Shown here piece after piece: positions 34,739 to 42,317 of a stretch of DNA of 64,000 bases. Location: contig JAKLEP010000001.1 of NCBI GenBank assembly GCA_022703055.1, positions 282,850-346,849 of the forward strand, given 5' to 3'. A program made the position numbers and the translations under genes. The DNA is from Candidatus Omnitrophota bacterium. Its GTDB lineage: Bacteria; Omnitrophota; Gorgyraeia; VGKH01. A model generated the notes under the pieces. The model saw only the letters and a list, made by a program, of their open reading frames with translations. It searched no databases and was not told the origin of the DNA. Every line of letters starts with the position of its first letter. Within the stretch, counting starts at the first letter, position 1.

Positions 34739-36015
34739 TCGGAGCTGGCTGGGCAGGATATAGCGCGGCAATAAAAGCCAAGGAGTTAGGCTTAGCCGTC
34801 TGCCTGGTCGAGAAGAAAAAAATTGGCGGTACCTGCCTAAATCAGGGATGCATTCCTACCAAGGTTTTAGTCCAATCTTCCCGAATTTTTTCCCATATCA
34901 AAGATTCTTCTGTTTTTGGCGTTGAAGTTGAAGGTGCGGAAGTAAATTTCGACAAAATCCAACAGAGAAAATCGGCTATTGTTGATAAATTGGCCAAGGG
35001 TATGCAATTTCAGTTGTCTAGCAAAGGCGTTGAGATAATCCAGGGCGAGGCTAAAATAGTTAGCGCCGATGAAGTTTTAGTAGATTCGAAAAGCATTAAA
35101 GCAAAGAATATAATTGTTGCTGTCGGCTCCCGCCCGGTTGAACTTCCATTCTTAAAATTCAATCAAAAGAATGTTGTTTCTAGCGACGATATACTGGATC
35201 TTAAATTTATTCCTGAGAGCCTGCTTATTGTTGGCGGTGGAGTTATCGGCTGTGAATTTGCTAATATCTTTGCATCATTGGGTTCAAAGGTGACGATTGT
35301 CGAGATATTGGAACATATTTTGCCCAACGAAGACAAGGATATCGCTAAAAAGTTAGAGCTGGCGCTGAAAAGAAAAGGCGTAAAAATCCTAACCAAGACT
35401 GATGTCAAGACAGTCGCGTTGGATAAGTTTGAAAAGGTTTTGGTCTGCGTGGGAAGAGCCGCCAATACGACAATTGAAGGTATGGAGAAGATCGGAGTCA
35501 AAATAGATAAAAAAGGAATTCTGGTAAATGAGTTCCTGCAGACTAATATTCCGAATATTTATGCCGTAGGCGATTGTATCGGCGGACATCAATTGGCGCA
35601 CGTTGCAGCTTATGAGGGCGAGACGGCAGTTGAAAATATTTCAGGAAAAAATATCCCGGTGGATTATTCTGCAGTGCCGAATTGTATATTTACCGATCCT
35701 GAAGTAGCCAGCGTCGGTTTGACAGAAGAGGTGGCAGCGGCTAAAGGCGTTCAATATCAGATTGCTAAATTTGATTTTTTAGGTTCCGGGATGGCGCATA
35801 TTCTGGATGAAACAGACGGTTTTATAAAAGTATTATTCGATAGTAATTCTCGGGAAATTCTGGGGGCCGCGATAATCGGTCCGAAGGCTACAGAGCTTAT
35901 TGCGGTTTTTTCATTGGCTATAAAATCAAAATTAAAAATTTCGCAGATTAATGATACAATTTTCGCACACCCTACCTTATCCGAAGCAATTAGAGAGGCG
36001 ACAAAAAGCATCTAA
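34720..36015 (+). CDS. lpdA: Dihydrolipoyl dehydrogenase (E3) family flavoprotein disulfide reductase
   Basis: 431 aa with the FAD motif IIGAGWAGYSAA, the redox disulfide GGTCLNQGCIPTK, and the C-terminal HAHPTLSE His-Glu motif. Confidence 0.88.
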   Translation: MHDICIIGAGWAGYSAAIKAKELGLAVCLVEKKKIGGTCLNQGCIPTKVLVQSSRIFSHIKDSSVFGVEVEGAEVNFDKIQQRKSAIVDKLAKGMQFQLSSKGVEIIQGEAKIVSADEVLVDSKSIKAKNIIVAVGSRPVELPFLKFNQKNVVSSDDILDLKFIPESLLIVGGGVIGCEFANIFASLGSKVTIVEILEHILPNEDKDIAKKLELALKRKGVKILTKTDVKTVALDKFEKVLVCVGRAANTTIEGMEKIGVKIDKKGILVNEFLQTNIPNIYAVGDCIGGHQLAHVAAYEGETAVENISGKNIPVDYSAVPNCIFTDPEVASVGLTEEVAAAKGVQYQIAKFDFLGSGMAHILDETDGFIKVLFDSNSREILGAAIIGPKATELIAVFSLAIKSKLKISQINDTIFAHPTLSEAIREATKSI

Positions 36016-36667
36016 TTTATGCCGGATAGTCGATTTGGGCTTGGTTGATTATACTAGCGCCTGGGAGATCCAAAAGCAAATCCTGGATAAAATTAGATAC
36101 TTTGCTGAGCCAAATACCCTAATTCTCTGTCAGCATCCGCACACAATTACCAGAGGGAGAATGAGCAAAGAGCGCGATTTGCTTGTCTCGTCGCTAAAGC
36201 TTGAGCAATTGGGCGTTGCGGTTTATCCGGTTGAAAGAGGGGGCAGTATAACTTACCACGGCCCGGGGCAGCTGGTTGTCTATCCGATTTTTGATTTGAA
36301 TAGGTTTAAGAAAGATCTAAAATATTTTTTGTCTTCCCTGGAAGAAGTCGCGATTAATTTTTTGAATAATTTTAATATTGAGGCGCAAAGACGACCCGGA
36401 TATACCGGAGTTTGGATGAAAGATAAAAAGATCGCCTCCATCGGCATAGCCGTAAGACATTGGATTACTTTCCATGGTCTAGCCATCAATATTAATCCCG
36501 ATTTAGAATATTTTTCTTTGATAAAACCTTGCGGTCTTGATGTTTTTATGACGTCGCTCTCTCAAGTAATGGATAGAGAGGTTACTATAAATAATTCATT
36601 GAAGGGAAAACTATTAGAAGAATTTAAGAAAGTTTTTGCTTTAGAAATCATCGAAGGAGGTTTATAA
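35951..36667 (+). CDS. lipB: Octanoyltransferase LipB (lipoyl(octanoyl) transferase)
   Basis: LipB-like blocks: DLGLVDYTSAWEIQ, RGGSITYHGPGQLVVYP, KIASIGIAV and PCG. The start is uncertain. ATG 35951 overlaps lpdA by 65 nt, and an in-frame TTG near 36036 is an alternative. Confidence 0.85.
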   Translation: MIQFSHTLPYPKQLERRQKASNLCRIVDLGLVDYTSAWEIQKQILDKIRYFAEPNTLILCQHPHTITRGRMSKERDLLVSSLKLEQLGVAVYPVERGGSITYHGPGQLVVYPIFDLNRFKKDLKYFLSSLEEVAINFLNNFNIEAQRRPGYTGVWMKDKKIASIGIAVRHWITFHGLAININPDLEYFSLIKPCGLDVFMTSLSQVMDREVTINNSLKGKLLEEFKKVFALEIIEGGL

Positions 36668-36903
36668 TGACAAAGGTTGTCTTACCGGAATTAGGAGAGG
36701 GAATTACCAAGGCATCGGTTACCTATTGGAATTTTGAAGTGGGAGACGAAGTAAAAGAGGGCGAGGATTTGGTCGAGCTTGCGACCGATAAGGCGACATT
36801 CAATTTGCCTTCTCCCGTGTCAGGTATTTTAAAAGAAAAGTTAAAAGAGGAAGGCGATGAAGCCCGCGTCGGAGACGCAGTGGCCATAATCGAGGAGCGA
36901 TAG
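36667..36903 (+). CDS. Stand-alone lipoyl/biotinyl attachment domain protein
   Basis: 78 aa: LPELGEGITKASVTYWNFEVGDEVKEGEDLVELATDKATFNLPSPVSGIL. This is an E2-type lipoyl domain with the modifiable Lys in TDKA and no catalytic domain attached. Confidence 0.8.
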   Translation: MTKVVLPELGEGITKASVTYWNFEVGDEVKEGEDLVELATDKATFNLPSPVSGILKEKLKEEGDEARVGDAVAIIEER

Positions 36904-36910
36904 AGGCGAT

Positions 36911-38029
36911 ATGCCGGCAAGCAGAGTTCTTTTAATGTATATTTCGGAAGTTTCGGGCCATCACAGCGCTACTATATCTATCGAAAAAGCGCTAAAGAGC
37001 CTCAAACCCGAAATTGTCACTAAAAATATTAACGGCTTCAACTACACGAACCCTATTTTAGAGAAAGTGATAAATCGGGTTTACCTTAGCGTAATCAAAA
37101 GGAGGCCTGAGGTTTGGGAATATCTATATGATAATCCCAAGGTCGTTAAAAGCACAAAGCATATCAAAGATGCTATACACAAGTCTAATCATAAGAAATT
37201 GCAGGCCTTGCTCGATGAATTTCATCCGGATTTTATCGTCTGCACCCAGGCGTTTCCCTGCGGTATGGTAGCCGATTTTAAGAAGACATTTAATATTGAT
37301 ATTCCTTTGATGGGGGTTTTGACCGATTTTGCACCGCACGCTTTTTGGCTCTATGATGAAGTTGATTATTTTATTGTGCCAAATCAGGATTCGCGTCAGA
37401 GATTTATCCGTGAAGGCATAAAAGAAGATAAAATTAAGATATTCGGTATCCCAATCGATCGGAAATTCTCTGGTTACGTTAATGAAGAAAGAGTAGCAGC
37501 AGATTTAGGGCTGGATAAATCCAAACCGATCATTTTAATTATGGGCGGGGGGCAGGGAATCGGGCCAATAAAAAAAATCATCAAATCATTTAACAAAATC
37601 AAGGCTGATTTCCAGATTATAGTAGTGACAGGGACAAATAAGCGGCTTTTTAATTGGCTGTCGAGGCATAAGCCCAAAGATAAGAAATTAGTCGCATTAG
37701 GATACGTAAATAATATCGATGAGCTTATGTCGATTGCAACCCTTCTTATAACGAAGCCCGGCGGAATCACCTCTGCCGAGGCGTTATCGAAGAATCTTCC
37801 GATGATTATTATGCATCCGATCCCAGGTCAGGAAGCAAACAATACGGAGTATCTTTTAAGGCAGGGGGTAGCGGTCAAAGTTGATACCTTGGAACAATTG
37901 GATAGAAAAATTAGCGAGCTTTTAAATAGCAAGGATGCGATACAAAATATGAGGCGCTGCGCGAAAGAAATCAGTTTTCCCGATGCGTCGATGAATATTG
38001 CGAAATTAATTTTAGGAGCAAATGTTTAA
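36911..38029 (+). CDS. Diacylglycerol glycosyltransferase (MGDG-synthase/UgtP-like, GT28-type)
   Basis: 372 aa. The N-terminal SGHHSA region is typical of the MGDG synthase family. The C-terminal GT-B half reads KPGGITSAEALSKNLPMII. Confidence 0.7.
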   Translation: MPASRVLLMYISEVSGHHSATISIEKALKSLKPEIVTKNINGFNYTNPILEKVINRVYLSVIKRRPEVWEYLYDNPKVVKSTKHIKDAIHKSNHKKLQALLDEFHPDFIVCTQAFPCGMVADFKKTFNIDIPLMGVLTDFAPHAFWLYDEVDYFIVPNQDSRQRFIREGIKEDKIKIFGIPIDRKFSGYVNEERVAADLGLDKSKPIILIMGGGQGIGPIKKIIKSFNKIKADFQIIVVTGTNKRLFNWLSRHKPKDKKLVALGYVNNIDELMSIATLLITKPGGITSAEALSKNLPMIIMHPIPGQEANNTEYLLRQGVAVKVDTLEQLDRKISELLNSKDAIQNMRRCAKEISFPDASMNIAKLILGANV

Positions 38030-38870
38030 TTACGCTTATTATAAATTAGGAATTAAATTGGCAAACCGCCTTTCTCTTCGGGGCGGGTATGCCTTAGCTA
38101 GATTCATTTCGGATTTGCATTATATTTATTCCCATGCCGATAGGGTCGCAGTCTTGAATAACTTGAGAGTTATTCTGCCCGATAATAAGCGTATACGTCG
38201 CATTGCCTTGGAAGTCTTCAGGAATTTTGGAATTTATTTGGTAGATTTCTTCCGCACTCAAAGATTGGATAAAGAAACTCTTTTAAAGAAAGTAAAAGTT
38301 ATCAACCTGGAATTGGTCGATGAGGCTTTAAAACAAGGTAAGGGCGTTATAGCGGTTACGGCCCATTTGTGCAACTGGGAATTGGCTGGCCTGACTATGG
38401 GGTTTTTGGGTTATCCTATTTCTGCGGTTGCCTATCCGCATAAAGACGAAAGAATCAACAATTTCTTTAATTTTCAGAGAGAATCAAAGGGTTTAGAGGT
38501 TATTCCTGTCGGCAAAGCCGCAAAAAAGTGCATAGAAAATCTGAGAGCAAACAAAATTGTGGCGCTCGTAGGTGACAGGGAATTTACCCAGAGCGGCTTG
38601 ATCATGGATTTTTTTGGCAAAGAGACGCTTATTCCTAAGGGACCGGCAACGCTTTCGATATTAACAGGGGCACCGATTATCGCTGGGTTTATCGTTCGAG
38701 AAAAGGAAGATAATTTTACTCTCATTTTTGAGAAAATCAGCCAACCAAAACCTACAGGCGATAAAGAGAAAGATATTTTTAATCTGACGCGTAAATATCT
38801 TAGCGTTATTGAGAATTATATCCGCCAATACCCCGGCCAGTGGCTGATGTTTAGAAAGTTCTGGTTATAA
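38022..38870 (+). CDS. Lipid A biosynthesis (LpxL/HtrB-type) lysophospholipid acyltransferase family protein
   Basis: 282 aa with an HtrB-like layout (AHLCNWE H-box, VGDREF block). Its neighbours are lipid glycosyltransferases. Confidence 0.7.
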   Translation: MFNYAYYKLGIKLANRLSLRGGYALARFISDLHYIYSHADRVAVLNNLRVILPDNKRIRRIALEVFRNFGIYLVDFFRTQRLDKETLLKKVKVINLELVDEALKQGKGVIAVTAHLCNWELAGLTMGFLGYPISAVAYPHKDERINNFFNFQRESKGLEVIPVGKAAKKCIENLRANKIVALVGDREFTQSGLIMDFFGKETLIPKGPATLSILTGAPIIAGFIVREKEDNFTLIFEKISQPKPTGDKEKDIFNLTRKYLSVIENYIRQYPGQWLMFRKFWL

Positions 38871-38873
38871 AGA

Positions 38874-39533
38874 ATGAGAATCTGCACGATAATTCCGGCT
38901 TATAATGAAGTAAAAACTATAGGATACATCGTCGAGGAGCTAAAAAAAAGAAACTTTGATGTTCTGGTTATTGATGATGGCTCCCGCGACCAAACAGCAA
39001 AAATCGCCAAGGAAAAAGGTGCCACAGTTATTACCAACGAAAAAAATGTCGGCAAAGGCGCATCGCTTAGGTGCGGCTTTGATTACGTAATCAACAAAGA
39101 CTACGATGGTTTTATTGTTATGGACGGCGACGGCCAGCATGACATAGAGAATATTTCTGATTTCCTAAGCCATGTCCAGAAAACAGGGGCCAAGATAATA
39201 GTTGGTAACCGGATGTTTAGCGCCAAGAACATGCCTTTTTTGAGGTGGCTCACTAATAAGACCATGTCGTGGTTTATATCGGCAATATGCAAACAATATA
39301 TCCCCGACAGCCAGTGCGGTTACAGGTATATAAGCAAGGATTTGCTGCTGGCGATGGAGCTTTCCACGTCTAATTTTGAAATTGAGACCGAGGTTTTGAT
39401 CGAGGCAAGCAAAAAAGGCTATAGGATTTATCATATCCCGGTCAAAACCATATACCAGTACCATAAAAGCCGGATCAACCCATTTTTGGATACTTTTAGA
39501 TTCTTTAGGTTTATCTTCAGAAAAAAGAGATGA
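38874..39533 (+). CDS. Family 2 glycosyltransferase (polyprenol-phosphate glycosyltransferase-like)
   Basis: 219 aa: IIPAYNE, VIDDGSRD, MDGDGQHD (the DxD region). Confidence 0.8.
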   Translation: MRICTIIPAYNEVKTIGYIVEELKKRNFDVLVIDDGSRDQTAKIAKEKGATVITNEKNVGKGASLRCGFDYVINKDYDGFIVMDGDGQHDIENISDFLSHVQKTGAKIIVGNRMFSAKNMPFLRWLTNKTMSWFISAICKQYIPDSQCGYRYISKDLLLAMELSTSNFEIETEVLIEASKKGYRIYHIPVKTIYQYHKSRINPFLDTFRFFRFIFRKKR

Positions 39534-40171
39534 ATTTTAAAGAACTCAGGGAAAAAATGGTAGGCCAGCAGTTGGCTGGCCGCGATATCAAAGATAAGCG
39601 CGTCCTGGATGCTTTCTTAAAAGTCGAACGTCACAGGTTTGTCGGCGAAGAAGCTCAGTCCAGCGCTTATGCTGATTATCCTTTGCCTATAGGAGCGAAT
39701 CAGACCATATCGCAGCCTTATATGGTAGCGCTGATGACGCAGCTATTGGATTTAAAAGGGACAGAGAAGGTTTTGGAAATCGGGACCGGCTCAGGATACC
39801 AGGCGGCGATATTAGCGGAATTGGCTAAAACGGTCTATTCGATTGAGAGAATTTCCTCTTTGGCAGATAAGGCTCAAAAAGTTTTAAATGAATTAGGCTA
39901 TAAGAATATTAATATAAAAGTTGATGACGGCACTCTGGGCTGGCAGGAGATTTCGCCTTTTGATGCGATCATTGTCACTGCTGCCTCGCCGGAAATCCCG
40001 CAAACCTTAGTTAAACAATTGACCGAAGGCGGCAAATTGGTTCTTCCCGTGGGGGGAACATTTGGGCAGATGCTGGTCTTGGTTAAGAAACAGAAGGGCA
40101 AAATTGATACTAAGGAAATCTGCGGGTGCGTCTTCGTGCCTTTGATAGGAAAATATGGCTATAACAAATGA
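39530..40171 (+). CDS. pcm: Protein-L-isoaspartate O-methyltransferase
   Basis: 213 aa: TISQPYMVALMTQLL, the SAM motif VLEIGTGSGYQAA, and LVLPVG. Confidence 0.93.
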   Translation: MNFKELREKMVGQQLAGRDIKDKRVLDAFLKVERHRFVGEEAQSSAYADYPLPIGANQTISQPYMVALMTQLLDLKGTEKVLEIGTGSGYQAAILAELAKTVYSIERISSLADKAQKVLNELGYKNINIKVDDGTLGWQEISPFDAIIVTAASPEIPQTLVKQLTEGGKLVLPVGGTFGQMLVLVKKQKGKIDTKEICGCVFVPLIGKYGYNK

Positions 40172-40640
40172 GGCTTATATAATTTTGACCGCAGCTGCGC
40201 CGGTTGTAGAGCTGAGAGGTTCGATACCTCTGGGGCTATATCTTTTAGGAATGGAAAACTTCCTGAAAGTTTTCCTTTTATCAGTTTTTGGTAATTTCTT
40301 GCCGATCATCCCGGTGCTTTTATTGCTTAGCCCTGTATCGGAGAAATTAAGAAGATTTTTTATCTGGCGCAGATTTTTTGATTGGTTTTTTGAACATACA
40401 CGCAAAAAAGCGGATCTGATTGAGAAATATGAAGCTTTAGGGTTGATGTTGTTTGTTGCCGTACCCCTACCAGGGACGGGAATATGGGCAGGAGCGGTGG
40501 CCGCAACATTATTCAAGATACGGTTCCGTTACGCTGTTTTAGCTATAACCCTGGGTATGTTTATCGCCGGGGTTTTGGTAAGTTTGGTATGTTTTGGCGC
40601 AGTCAACGTGCCAATATTTATTAAACAGATAATAAAATGA
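40155..40640 (+). CDS. Small membrane protein of the COG2426 / 'small multidrug export'-like family
   Basis: 161 aa with 4-5 predicted TM segments. The N-terminal PVVELRGSIPLG motif is typical of that family as I remember it. Function is unproven. Confidence 0.55.
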   Translation: MAITNEAYIILTAAAPVVELRGSIPLGLYLLGMENFLKVFLLSVFGNFLPIIPVLLLLSPVSEKLRRFFIWRRFFDWFFEHTRKKADLIEKYEALGLMLFVAVPLPGTGIWAGAVAATLFKIRFRYAVLAITLGMFIAGVLVSLVCFGAVNVPIFIKQIIK

Positions 40641-41140
40641 TTCATATCTATACCGGAGAAGGAAAAGGCAAAACTACCGCAAGCTTGGGGCTGGCGCTTA
40701 GGGCAGAAGGCGCAGGCTTAAAGGTATTTATCGGGCAGTTCTTAAAAGGCAAAAAATACAGCGAGCTTGCTTCGCTTAAGAAATTAAAGAATATAAAAGT
40801 CGAGCAGTTCGGAACCAGATGTTTTATTACTAAGAAGCCCAGTGCTAGCGATATCGCTTTGGCTAGGGGAGGATTGGCTAGGATCCAGGATGTCATAAGC
40901 TCAAAGAAGTTTGATGTCGTTATTTTGGACGAGGCCAATATAGCGATACATTTAGGGCTGTTGAGTCTTGACGAGGTATTGGACACAGTAAGAAGCTGCC
41001 CAGAGTGTATTGAGCTGGTGTTTACGGGGAGATACGCACCGCCTGCTTTAAAAAGGTGTGCTGATTATGTCACCGAGATGAAAGAGATTAAACATCCTTT
41101 CAAGAAAAAAATAACCGGCCGCCGCGGAATAGAGTTTTAG
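40637..41140 (+). CDS. cobO: Cob(I)yrinic acid a,c-diamide / cob(I)alamin adenosyltransferase (CobA/CobO/BtuR family)
   Basis: 167 aa: IHIYTGEGKGKTTASLGLALRAEGAGLKVFIGQFLKG and VILDEANIA. The P-loop is typical of the family. Confidence 0.85.
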   Translation: MIHIYTGEGKGKTTASLGLALRAEGAGLKVFIGQFLKGKKYSELASLKKLKNIKVEQFGTRCFITKKPSASDIALARGGLARIQDVISSKKFDVVILDEANIAIHLGLLSLDEVLDTVRSCPECIELVFTGRYAPPALKRCADYVTEMKEIKHPFKKKITGRRGIEF

Positions 41141-41141
41141 C

Positions 41142-41173
41142 TTGACAATGTAGTTTAATTCTAATAGTATAAT
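41142..41173 (+). promoter_or_regulatory. Candidate sigma-70 type promoter
   Basis: TTGACA at 41142-41147, a 17-nt spacer, then TAGTAT at 41165-41170. A TATAAT also occurs at 41168-41173, but with a 20-nt spacer. Confidence 0.4.
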
Positions 41174-41179
41174 AATGTC

Positions 41180-41316
41180 AAATCCGAATCTCGAATATCG
41201 AAACTCGAGACAATTCTCAAATTTCCAAAATTCGAATTCTCCAAACAGACGTTTTGGTCATTCGAGCATTGGGATTTCGAATTTGTTTCGGATTTCGGGT
41301 TTCGGATTTCGAATTT
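41180..41316. repeat. Inverted pair of tandem heptamer arrays (AAWNYCG x4 versus CGRRTTT x5-6) flanking a spacer of about 60-80 nt (depending on whether the interrupted right-arm units at 41271-41284 are counted)
   Basis: Left arm 41180-41207: AAATCCG AATCTCG AATATCG AAACTCG. Right arm 41271-41316: GGGATTT CGAATTT (gttt) CGGATTT CGGGTTT CGGATTT CGAATTT. The arms are imperfect reverse complements, and the spacer contains the palindrome AATTCGAATT. Confidence 0.8.
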
Positions 41317-41334
41317 AAAGAAAGGGGACAATAT

Positions 41335-41847
41335 ATGTTAGCCATAGCTTTAATTGTTTTAGGAATATTAACTAGATTCTTGCCGCATGCGCCGAATTTC
41401 AACCCGGCCATAGCCATTGCCCTATTCGGCGGTTATTATCTGAATAAAAAATACGCACTTTCAGTGCCATTGTTATTGATGGTGATAAGCGATATATTCT
41501 TAGGGCTGCATAATACCATACTTTTTACCTGGGGAAGCGTAGTCCTGATTTCAATCTTGGGGTTATCTCAGAAAAAGAATAAATCTATATTGAATGTAGC
41601 CGGTTTCTCTTTGATTTCGGCAGTCCTATTCTTTGTAATCACTAATTTCGGAGTCTGGTTTTCCGGCTGGTATCCATATACTCTTAAAGGCCTGACAGAT
41701 TGTTTTATTATGGGGATACCGTTTTTCCGGGCGACATTATTGTCCACGCTTGTTTATGCGGCCGTAATGTTCGGCGCATATGAATTAATAGCAAGATTGG
41801 TAAAAAATACCCGTTTTGCAGCTGCTCTCGTATCGGAATTGAAATAA
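41335..41847 (+). CDS. Polytopic membrane protein of unknown function (possibly DUF6580-like)
   Basis: 170 aa from ATG 41335, preceded by the RBS aaagggga. It begins MLAIALIVLGILTRFLPHAPNFNPAIAIALFGG and has about 5 TM segments. The ORF track's start at 41254 would translate the heptamer repeats and is rejected. Confidence 0.75.
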   Translation: MLAIALIVLGILTRFLPHAPNFNPAIAIALFGGYYLNKKYALSVPLLLMVISDIFLGLHNTILFTWGSVVLISILGLSQKKNKSILNVAGFSLISAVLFFVITNFGVWFSGWYPYTLKGLTDCFIMGIPFFRATLLSTLVYAAVMFGAYELIARLVKNTRFAAALVSELK

Positions 41848-41861
41848 ACTTATCTAATTAG

Positions 41862-42012
41862 AGTCCGCCTGCGGCGGAAATTCCGACAGCCCCTTATCCT
41901 TCGGATAAGAAGCTGGACCAGATAGGCAGTATTCCGATACGACCCAGCCCTTTGAAAAAGGGCTGTCCGCAGGAAGATAGCGCACGAGGGCAAAGCCCGA
42001 GTGCCTATCTGG
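41862..42012. ncRNA. Unassigned structured element (candidate cis-regulatory RNA or small RNA)
   Basis: Several perfect helices occur in non-coding DNA. These are CCGCC/GGCGG (41865-41877), an extended hairpin at 41887-41915 (CAGC..CTTATCC ttc GGATAAG..GCTG), and an 11-bp stem CCAGATAGGCA/TGCCTATCTGG (41918-41928 with 42002-42012). That stem encloses CAGCCCTTT..AAAGGGCTG and GGGC aaa GCCC hairpins. Class and strand are undetermined. Confidence 0.35.
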
Positions 42013-42030
42013 TTTTAACAAATTAGTCCT

Positions 42031-42194
42031 TATATAGGTGCGCGATAAGCCAAACAGGGAAGTCTGTTGGAGACAGACGCGGTCCCGCCGCTGTAAGTGG
42101 GGACGAAATCCGCAAAATGCCATTGTTCCGTAGTTTAGGAGCGAGAAGGTGCGGAAACTAGATTGATCCATAAGCCAGAAGACCTGCCTATATA
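42031..42194 (+). promoter_or_regulatory. Cobalamin (AdoCbl) riboswitch aptamer
   Basis: The P1 helix pairs TATATAGG with CCTATATA. The conserved core reads AACAGGGAAGTCTG..GGTCCCGCCGCTGTAAGTGGGGA, GCCATTG and GAGAAGGTG. The B12 box is AGCCAGAAGACCTGCC. It lies upstream of a TonB-dependent receptor. Confidence 0.88.
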
Positions 42195-42262
42195 TTAGAG
42201 TTTTAGTACTGCGTTAGGATACAGTATTAAGGCGCATAAATTAGGGTTAAGTAAACTAGGGT

Positions 42263-42305
42263 GCGGCCCTTGACACTTTCAGTGTCAAGGGCCGCTTTTG
42301 TTTTT
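42263..42305 (+). terminator. Intrinsic terminator, probably the riboswitch expression platform
   Basis: Perfect 15-bp hairpin GCGGCCCTTGACACT ttc AGTGTCAAGGGCCGC followed by TTTTGTTTTT. It ends 12 nt before the RBS-proximal region (aggagg) of the receptor gene. Confidence 0.85.
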
Positions 42306-42317
42306 AGGAGGTAAAAA

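Noticed and set aside
41180-41316. Possibility that the heptamer arrays are a CRISPR array or a coding low-complexity repeat
   Set aside because: The repeat unit is 7 nt with no spacers, the total length is under 140 nt, and no cas genes are present. No CRISPR array was seen anywhere in the window.
41254-41334. ORF-track start at 41254 adding 27 N-terminal residues (MVIRALGFRICFGFRVSDFEFKERGQY) to the membrane protein
   Set aside because: These codons are simply the translation of the CGGATTT heptamer arrays. A good RBS (aaagggga) and ATG at 41335 begin the hydrophobic, family-like sequence.
41854-42171. 105-aa minus-strand ORF
   Set aside because: It lies antisense across the structured element and the cobalamin riboswitch core. 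It has no RBS and no recognisable protein features. The region is better explained as RNA structure.
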